From NCBI GenBank assembly GCA_963812135.1, contig CAWETU010000001.1:672001-736000 (forward strand): 64,000 bases of DNA, written 5' to 3'. The DNA comes from Vulcanimicrobiota bacterium. Its GTDB lineage: Bacteria > Vulcanimicrobiota > Vulcanimicrobiia > Eremiobacterales > Eremiobacteraceae. A program made the translations under genes and the position numbers. Position 1 is the stretch's first letter; each line of letters begins with the position of its first letter. The notes below the pieces were generated by a model. It searched no databases. It was not told the DNA's origin and worked only from the letters and a program-made list of their open reading frames with translations. Positions 57,869 through 64,000 of the stretch are shown here, in pieces.

Positions 57869-58626
57869 CCGAGCCCGGGCGCACGGTCGCGCTCGTCGTC
57901 GAATACGAAGGCACGCATTTCCACGGGTTCCAACGCCAGCCGGGATTACGCACCGTCGCCGGCGAGCTCGAACGCGCGCTGAGCCTCCTATGCGGTCAGC
58001 CGATCGAGATCGTGGGCGCCGGCCGCACCGACGCGGGCGTCCACGCGACCGGCCAAGTGGTCAGCTTCGAGACGACGTTTGCCGGTCCGATCGCGCGCAT
58101 GCCGATCTCGTTGACCGGAATGCTCAAAGATGAAGGCATTGCGATCGTGCGGGCGGTGGAGCGGGCGCCGGGATTCTCCGCGCGCCACGACGCGCTGGCG
58201 CGGACGTATCTCTACCGCATTCTGAACCGGCTCTCACCGTCGCCGCTGCTGGACCACCGAGCGCTGTTCGTACGCGCGCCGCTCGACATCGACGCCATGC
58301 GAGCCGCGACAGAGCCTCTGCTCGGCGAACACGACTTCACCTCGTTTTGCGCGCAACCGCCAGAACGCGGCCGGCCGGTGCGGATCATCGAACGGCTGCA
58401 GCTCGAACGGCACGACGACATGATCGAGCTGACGATCACCGCGGATTCGTTCTTGCACCAGATGGTGCGCATCATCGTCGGGACGCTTCTCGAGATCGGT
58501 CGAGGCCGCCGGCCCGTCTCCGATATCCACCTAATTCTCGCCGCGCGCGATCGCGTGGCCGCGGGCGCGACCGCGCCACCGCACGCGCTGTATCTCACGA
58601 ACGTCAAGTACGCCGACCCTTTGTAG
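57865..58626 (+). CDS. truA: tRNA pseudouridine(38-40) synthase
   Basis: YEGTHFHGFQRQ, GAGRTDAGVHATGQ, GEHDF, SFLHQMVR, TAPP. Confidence 0.96.
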   Translation: MTEPGRTVALVVEYEGTHFHGFQRQPGLRTVAGELERALSLLCGQPIEIVGAGRTDAGVHATGQVVSFETTFAGPIARMPISLTGMLKDEGIAIVRAVERAPGFSARHDALARTYLYRILNRLSPSPLLDHRALFVRAPLDIDAMRAATEPLLGEHDFTSFCAQPPERGRPVRIIERLQLERHDDMIELTITADSFLHQMVRIIVGTLLEIGRGRRPVSDIHLILAARDRVAAGATAPPHALYLTNVKYADPL

Positions 58627-58647
58627 CGGTCGAATTTATTCGACCGG
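58622..58647 (+). repeat. GTAG-type REP element overlapping the truA stop codon
   Basis: TGTAGCGGTCGAATTTATTCGACCGG. Confidence 0.8.
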
Positions 58648-58681
58648 GTCATGCGCGCTTCGACGACGAATACGACGTCGA

Positions 58682-59440
58682 ATGGACCAACCTAACCCCG
58701 AACCCCAAAAAGACGCTCTGGCGGAATACCAGCATCTGCTGCCGCCTGGGTTGGCGCAGCACAAGACGGTCACGATTCCGCCCCGCAAGGATGCCTCGCG
58801 CACCGGCGGTGCGATCGGCATCGGAGCCGTGTTGATCGCGCTGCTCGTGAAGTTCAAGACGGTGCTGCTCGTCTTGCTCAACTTCAAATGGGTCGCGATC
58901 GGGCTGAAGATCCTGCTGTCGTCGGGCACGATGTTGGCGAGCATCTGGGCGTGGTCGCTCCTATACGGCTGGAGCTTTGCGACGGGTTTCGTGCTTCTTA
59001 TTCTCGTGCACGAGCTAGGGCACGTGGCGGCGCTGCGGGCTTATGGGATGAAATCCAGCTTGCCGATGTTCATCCCGTTCATCGGCGCGTTCGTCGCCCA
59101 CAAGGAACAGGCGCCGAGCCCGAAAGCGTCAGCGTTCATCTCGCTGGCGGGTCCTGCGGTCGGCGGCCTCGGCGCGCTTGCGTGCTTCATCACGGGAATC
59201 TACACCGGATCGCCCTATTGGTTCGCGCTCGCATCGCTCGCGTTCGTGATCAACTTGTTCAACTTGCTGCCGATCGGACCGCTTGACGGCGGGCATATCG
59301 CGGGTGCGCTCCATTCGATGAATGACCCGGCGATGAGCGCGCAGCGGACGCAGGTGTTGTGGTCGACCATCGCCGTTGCGGCCGCGTTGTTCGTGCTGTG
59401 GCTGGCCGCAGGTCACGCGTTGGCCGCCACGCCCCGATGA
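58682..59440 (+). CDS. Site-2 protease family (M50) membrane metalloprotease
   Basis: HELGH, LAGP, NLFNLLPIGPLDGG. Confidence 0.92.
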   Translation: MDQPNPEPQKDALAEYQHLLPPGLAQHKTVTIPPRKDASRTGGAIGIGAVLIALLVKFKTVLLVLLNFKWVAIGLKILLSSGTMLASIWAWSLLYGWSFATGFVLLILVHELGHVAALRAYGMKSSLPMFIPFIGAFVAHKEQAPSPKASAFISLAGPAVGGLGALACFITGIYTGSPYWFALASLAFVINLFNLLPIGPLDGGHIAGALHSMNDPAMSAQRTQVLWSTIAVAAALFVLWLAAGHALAATPR

Positions 59441-59496
59441 TCGCCGCGTTTTTCAATCCTGCCCATTGGGACAAAGCCGAAAGGCCACGCCGAAAC

Positions 59497-59526
59497 TTGA
59501 CGCAACAGCCCGCGCTCGCGTATTAT
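59497..59526 (+). promoter_or_regulatory. Sigma70-type promoter for rplM-rpsI
   Basis: TTGACG-N18-TATTAT. Confidence 0.65.
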
Positions 59527-59584
59527 TGTCGTTGTCCCTCCCCGCCGGGGTAGGGTTTCTTTCTGACAGGACACCCCACAGTCA

Positions 59585-60016
59585 ATGCGCACCCAACTCC
59601 TCGCTAAGGACGCCATCAAGCGGCAATGGTTCATCGTCGACGCCAAGGGCCAGACGCTGGGCCGTCTCTCGGCGCGCGTCGCCGCCGTGCTGATCGGCAA
59701 GCACAAACCTGATTTCACGCCTCACGCGGATTGCGGTGACTATGTCATCGTGGTCAATGCGGAACAGGTCCACCTCACCGGCAAGAAGTGGACCGACAAG
59801 CTTTACCGGCACCACACGCAGTACCCGGGCGGACTGCTGACCCAGACCGCCGGCGACATCAAGGCCAAGCATCCCGAGCGTCTGGTCGAGTACGCCGTGC
59901 GTGGGATGTTGCCGCTCAATAAGATCCGCGCGCAGCGCATGAAGCGGTTGCGCGTGTTCGTAGGCGCCGAGCACGATCACGGCGCGCACAAACCGCAACC
60001 CTTGAAAGTAGATTGA
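59585..60016 (+). CDS. rplM: 50S ribosomal protein L13
   Basis: WFIVDA.GQTLGRL, GKHKP.FTPH.DCGD, AVRGMLP. Confidence 0.98.
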   Translation: MRTQLLAKDAIKRQWFIVDAKGQTLGRLSARVAAVLIGKHKPDFTPHADCGDYVIVVNAEQVHLTGKKWTDKLYRHHTQYPGGLLTQTAGDIKAKHPERLVEYAVRGMLPLNKIRAQRMKRLRVFVGAEHDHGAHKPQPLKVD

Positions 60017-60417
60017 TGGCTATCACCGCTCCTAGCGTTCCTCGCGGCACCGGACGGCGCAAACGCGCTGTGGTGCGCGTGCGACTCGCGCCCGGCACGG
60101 GCGAGATCACGATCAACGGCAAGGAAGCCGACAAATACCTCTGCCGCGCGACGCTGATGCAGATCGTGCGTCAACCATTCGAAGCGACGAACAGCGTCGG
60201 ACGCTTCAACGTCACCGTCAATGCATTCGGCGGCGGGCTCACCGGCCAGGCCGGCGCGATCCGCCACGGTATCGCCCGAGCGCTCGTGTCCGCAGATGAG
60301 ACGCTGCGGCCGGTGCTGCGCAAGGCCGGGTTGCTCACGCGCGACCCGCGTGAGAAAGAATCGAAGAAGTACGGACGCAAGCGCGCCCGCAAACGCTTCC
60401 AGTTCAGCAAGCGATAA
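60016..60417 (+). CDS. rpsI: 30S ribosomal protein S9
   Basis: [40 protein letters not shown]. Confidence 0.98.
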   Translation: MAITAPSVPRGTGRRKRAVVRVRLAPGTGEITINGKEADKYLCRATLMQIVRQPFEATNSVGRFNVTVNAFGGGLTGQAGAIRHGIARALVSADETLRPVLRKAGLLTRDPREKESKKYGRKRARKRFQFSKR

Positions 60418-60424
60418 GAGACAA

Positions 60425-60448
60425 GAAGGCCGGCGTAAGCCGGCCTTC
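60425..60448 (+). terminator. Hairpin after rpsI (probable terminator)
   Basis: GAAGGCCGGC-gtaa-GCCGGCCTTC perfect stem. Confidence 0.6.
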
Positions 60449-60463
60449 GTATATGTCGCCTCT

Positions 60464-60703
60464 ATGAGCAACGAACTATCGTTCGCAGCCGACATCCGGC
60501 CCATGTTCACCGAGACCGACGTCGACCATATGCAGAACTATGGCATCGATCTGAGCAGCTTAGAGGAAGTGGTGCAGCACGCCGATGCCATCTATGCTGT
60601 GGTGAGCGACGGGAGCATGCCGCCAAAGGGCACCGGTGATCAGTGGACGCCCGAGATGTGCGCGCGTTTCAAAGCGTGGCAGACGCAGGGCTGTAAGCCC
60701 TAG
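60464..60703 (+). CDS. Small hypothetical protein (79 aa)
   Basis: SFAADIRPMF...DL...IY...GSMPP...W...F.AW...G pattern. Confidence 0.7.
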   Translation: MSNELSFAADIRPMFTETDVDHMQNYGIDLSSLEEVVQHADAIYAVVSDGSMPPKGTGDQWTPEMCARFKAWQTQGCKP

Positions 60704-61197
60704 CGCGACCGCCCGCTCCGGCTCCACCACGCGGCGAACGCGAATGCGACAACCGCAGCGGAGAACCACACGAAGGCGGCATCGGGCCGGCCTTCCCAAT
60801 TGCCCCTTGCGCTGAAGATCGAGATGTTGAGCGGGATGAGCTGATCGCTGATCGGCCAGCTCAGGGCATTTGCTTCGCGAATCGCGAGAAATTCGATCGC
60901 AGCGAACTCGAGACATTGGACGATGAATGCGACTACGGCGAGTTGCAGGATGCTTTGGCGAATCGGGCGATCGCGCAGCCAGACAAAATATGAGAGCGCG
61001 AACGCCGAACCGAGGATCACTAGGCCGCCAAGCCCATAGATGATCGCGTAGCCCAAGTGTTCGACCGGTCCTCTGGTCGTGTAGAAGACCGGACCCCACA
61101 TCTGATTGATCAGCGCGGCGAAGGCGTACGTGCACACGCCGCCCACGAAACTGAATAGCGCGGACCACAAGATGGCCTTGAAGACGCGCGCGATCAC
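60700..61197 (-). CDS. Hypothetical membrane protein (about 4 TM)
   Basis: Hydrophobic helices; starts 9 nt downstream of the cyclase stop on the same strand. Confidence 0.6.
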   Translation of the reverse strand: MIARVFKAILWSALFSFVGGVCTYAFAALINQMWGPVFYTTRGPVEHLGYAIIYGLGGLVILGSAFALSYFVWLRDRPIRQSILQLAVVAFIVQCLEFAAIEFLAIREANALSWPISDQLIPLNISIFSARGNWEGRPDAAFVWFSAAVVAFAFAAWWSRSGRSR

Positions 61198-61206
61198 GCC
61201 GCCGCG

Positions 61207-62991
61207 CTATCCGTGAAGGACGTAGACGGTTGTGAGTCCCGCGCGGCCTTTGATCCGCGCTTGGCGGCGCGTGGCCGCCACTTGATCGCGGACCTTCTCA
61301 TACGTGCGTGCGTCCGCGAGGATCTGGTTCGGTTCGGCGATCGACTGCAAGCGCTGCGCGAGGTTCACCGCGCTGCCGACCACAGTGTATTCGAGCCGGC
61401 GCTCCGAGCCGATGTTGCCGGCGACGACATCGCCGGTCGCAAGCCCGATGCTCACCGACAGCGGCCAGCTGACGCCCGGTTGTGCGTTGAGCAGTTCGAC
61501 TTGTTCGAGGATCTGGCGCGCGGCCAGCACCGCGCGGTTGGTGTCGTCGGCGGCAGGACGCGGCGCGCCGAAGACCGCCATGATGCCGTCGCCATAGTAT
61601 TTGTCGAGCAATCCGAGATTGGCCAACACGACGTCGACGGTCGGCGCAAGGTAGCGATTGAGCATCTCGACGACTTCTTCAGGCATCAGCCGTTCTGATA
61701 ATTCGGTGAAGCCGCGGATGTCGGCGAAGAGCATCGTCGCGGTGAGGCGCGTGCCACCCAGCGGCACATTGTCAGGATCGAGCAGCAGCTCGCTCACGAC
61801 GTGGGGCGCCAGATAGCGCTCGAACGAGCGCGCGACCTTTTCGCTGTGCTCGATCTGCGCTTTGTTCTCAGCTTCCAATGTGCGTCGCGCGGTGAGGTCG
61901 TTGAGGACGACGGCGGTGCCGACGCCTTCGCCGGTCAGCGAGTGGACGCGTAAGAACGTCGCCTGCAACACGATCGGCCCGCGCACGAAGTGCGTGCCGC
62001 GCAGCTCCACTTCCGCGCGACCATCGGGCAGCGACTTGTATTGCTCGAGCAGCGTCGTGAAACCGGGCAGCCACGAATTGAGGATGCGCGCGTGCCGGCC
62101 CTCGAGCGTCGACGCCGACAGGCCAAACGTGATTTCTGCCGCGCGGTTGAACTGCGCGATCGAATCGTTCTCGTCGAGCATGATGACGCCCGACGCGATC
62201 GACTCGAGGATCTCGTCGGTCTGCGCCTTGATGTTGGAGAGATCCTCGAAATTGCGATTCCAATCGTCGTACAGCCGCGCGTTGTCGATCGCCACTGCGG
62301 CTTGGTCCGCGATGGTCGCGAGCAGCTCGGGGTCGTGCTGGAACAGATTGTCGGTGCGGATGCGCGAGTCGACGTAGATCACACCGATCGTGCCGGCCTT
62401 GCCGACGATCGGCACGCAGTTGATCGACCGGATGTGCAGCGAGCGGATGCTGGGCGACGCATCGACCTGCGGATCGTTCTGCGCGTCGGTCGTCACCAAC
62501 GGCACGCCTTCTTTGAAGACGCGCTCGATGATCGACCGGCTGACCGCGAACTCAGGCCGGGTCACGAGACCGGGATCGATGTTCGCGCCGGCGCTGTATT
62601 CTTTTTGGCCGCCACCTGGGTCGGGCACGACGATGAGGCCGCGTTCGGCGCCGGCGGCTTCGACGGAAAGATCGACGATCAGCTGGAGCAGCGCATCGAG
62701 CCGCCTGACGACGTTGATCGCTTTGCCGATGCGGACCAATGTGTCCGCGCGGCGCTGTTGGGTTTCGAGTTCGCTTTGGAGGCGCTGAGCACGGGCGGAC
62801 GCCACGCTGGCTTCGAGCTCGCGTGCATGCACCTCGCTGCGCGCGCGCGCGAGCAGATCGAGCAGCTTGTTGGCGGTCGACGCGGACTTCGGGCTCGGTG
62901 AGGGTCCAGCGAGCCGGCGAGCGTCGTCGAGCGCTTCATCCAGGCGGGCAGCGATCCGCTCCCAAGGGTTATCCCGCCGGTCGTGCTCCAT
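61207..62991 (-). CDS. Class III adenylate/guanylate cyclase with GAF and PAS domains
   Basis: GAF (SINCVPI, GVIYVD, IADQAAVAIDNARLY), PAS (FNRAAE), cyclase (LFADIRGFT, DKYYGDGIM, EYTVVGSAVNLAQRL). Confidence 0.93.
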   Translation of the reverse strand: MEHDRRDNPWERIAARLDEALDDARRLAGPSPSPKSASTANKLLDLLARARSEVHARELEASVASARAQRLQSELETQQRRADTLVRIGKAINVVRRLDALLQLIVDLSVEAAGAERGLIVVPDPGGGQKEYSAGANIDPGLVTRPEFAVSRSIIERVFKEGVPLVTTDAQNDPQVDASPSIRSLHIRSINCVPIVGKAGTIGVIYVDSRIRTDNLFQHDPELLATIADQAAVAIDNARLYDDWNRNFEDLSNIKAQTDEILESIASGVIMLDENDSIAQFNRAAEITFGLSASTLEGRHARILNSWLPGFTTLLEQYKSLPDGRAEVELRGTHFVRGPIVLQATFLRVHSLTGEGVGTAVVLNDLTARRTLEAENKAQIEHSEKVARSFERYLAPHVVSELLLDPDNVPLGGTRLTATMLFADIRGFTELSERLMPEEVVEMLNRYLAPTVDVVLANLGLLDKYYGDGIMAVFGAPRPAADDTNRAVLAARQILEQVELLNAQPGVSWPLSVSIGLATGDVVAGNIGSERRLEYTVVGSAVNLAQRLQSIAEPNQILADARTYEKVRDQVAATRRQARIKGRAGLTTVYVLHG

Positions 62992-63050
62992 GTCTAGTAC
63001 ATCGGCGCGCTCGCGCCCGCCCAGTACGCACGATCCGGCGAGTTCCTACC

Positions 63051-63506
63051 TTAATAGGAGGGGTAGTTGGCGTCGAACTGGATGACGTAGTACCACAAGG
63101 TGGCACGGCGCATGCCCGCGGGTACCAGAAATGCCAGCGAACCGCTCTGACCCTGACCCGGGCCGAGGACAGTTTCGGAGAGCGAACCGACGAGTGACGT
63201 GGTCTTCTTGCGATCCACATGATACCCGTCGTCGGAACCATACCCGTCGGAGCGCAGCACGAAATCCTTGTAATCGACGTTCAGCGGCGACTGGCGGCTT
63301 TGATTGAACATGTGCATCTGGTCGATGACGATGTACTTCGTGTCCGCGGTCGGTCCAGGAACTGCGTAGCTCGATGTCGCCCAGAAACCGGCGGGCAATT
63401 GCACTTGGACCTGCGTGTATTGATCGTTGGAATCGGCGCGTCCGGCGGCGCTGAGCACGAGCGTCGCGCCGATCGCGGCAAGCGCTGACAAGGTGCGGGG
63501 ATTCAT
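63051..63506 (-). CDS. Secreted Ig-like protein (DUF4352-like)
   Basis: Signal peptide; KYIVID..MFN, DFVL, LGPGQGQSGSLAFLVP. Confidence 0.65.
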   Translation of the reverse strand: MNPRTLSALAAIGATLVLSAAGRADSNDQYTQVQVQLPAGFWATSSYAVPGPTADTKYIVIDQMHMFNQSRQSPLNVDYKDFVLRSDGYGSDDGYHVDRKKTTSLVGSLSETVLGPGQGQSGSLAFLVPAGMRRATLWYYVIQFDANYPSY

Positions 63507-63607
63507 AGCGGTTGGAGAGTTCATCCATCTCGCGGACCAATCCCGCTCACATCGCACGGCTACCGTTCAGTTCATATTCAGCCGAGACGTTCGGCGGGAG
63601 GCGTTCG

Positions 63608-63922
63608 ATGTCGGTGCTCAATATGGTGGAAACGGCGATGCAGTTCTCACAGTATCGCGCCGCGCTGCTCGCCGGGGACGCGGCGAATGCAAGCTCGGCC
63701 GGATTCCGCCCAACGGATGCGGCGCTCGCGATCGAGCCAGCCGCAGGTGGCCTGCGTTTCGCGGCAGCGATGCGTGACGTCGAAAGCACCGGCCCTGTCT
63801 CCACCGTCGAGTATGCGATGGGTGGCATCGCGAAAAATTCGGTCTGGTATCGGGCGCTCGCCAGTCAAGCGCACGCGATCTTGCGCGAGTTCCGCACCGT
63901 CGCGGAGGAGGCGCGCCGATGA
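63608..63922 (+). CDS. flgB: Divergent short flagellar basal-body rod protein FlgB-like
   Basis: GGGAGG RBS; RAALLAGDAANASSAGFRPTD resembles the FlgB N-terminus, VEYAM...KNSVWYRAL the C-terminus; ATGA-coupled to flgC. Confidence 0.6.
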   Translation: MSVLNMVETAMQFSQYRAALLAGDAANASSAGFRPTDAALAIEPAAGGLRFAAAMRDVESTGPVSTVEYAMGGIAKNSVWYRALASQAHAILREFRTVAEEARR

Positions 63923-64000
63923 GCGACGCGCCGTCCGCGTTCGACATCGCGGCGAGCGGCATGTCGGCGCAACGCGTGGCCATGGACGTCATCGCCGAAA
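63919..64000 (+). CDS. flgC: Flagellar basal-body rod protein FlgC (5' part only)
   Basis: Hand translation MSDAPSAFDIAASGMSAQRVAMDVIAE..., a typical FlgC N-terminus. Confidence 0.8.
   Translation, partial: MSDAPSAFDIAASGMSAQRVAMDVIAE

Noticed and set aside
10481..58647. The 26-bp repeats as a CRISPR array or as LexA boxes
   Set aside because: They are dispersed singly with no spacers or cas genes. The core is GAA-N4-TTC, not GAAC-N4-GTTC, and copies lie inside or after genes.
1..64000. tRNA, rRNA, riboswitch, integrase or transposase genes
   Set aside because: None recognisable by eye, and intergenic gaps are short. A covariance-model scan would be needed to exclude small RNAs.

Overview
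High-GC bacterial chromosomal segment of mostly housekeeping genes. I found no rRNA, tRNA, CRISPR array, prophage or transposase. Diderm envelope genes (TolC, ArnT-like) together with Firmicutes-like gene order and a GAAC-N4-GTTC SOS box suggest a diderm Terrabacteria lineage such as Ca. Eremiobacterota/Vulcanimicrobiota (inference only). Left to right: a tandem-VOC protein and two acyltransferase-3 paralogs; rsmI-TSUP-metG-tatD; a frameshifted phospholipase D gene; a respiratory-cofactor supercluster (menG, polyprenyl synthase, tatAC, resB/ccsA, hemC-hemB-mobA-like-hemL-rex-hemA-hemD, ubiA/ubiD-like); STAS, TolC, pnp, rpsO; a divergent LysM/lexA pair with two SOS boxes; PuuD-like, orphan PTS EIIC, YnbB-like, PilZ and FHA genes; panC-coaBC-coaX; hydrolases and an ABC exporter; dusB and an SPFH module; greA-lysS-truA-rplM-rpsI; an adenylate cyclase; and the start of a flgB-flgC block. 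The best candidate for an undescribed system is a four-gene unit at 51910-55843: class III aminotransferase, SRPBCC lipid-binding protein, acyl-ACP/thioester reductase and a Cys-less reductase-like protein. It resembles a split PigE/TamH fatty-amine (alkylamine) module in a housekeeping context. Second, a family of GTAG-hairpin REP elements has at least 8 copies, some inside coding sequences or supplying stop codons.
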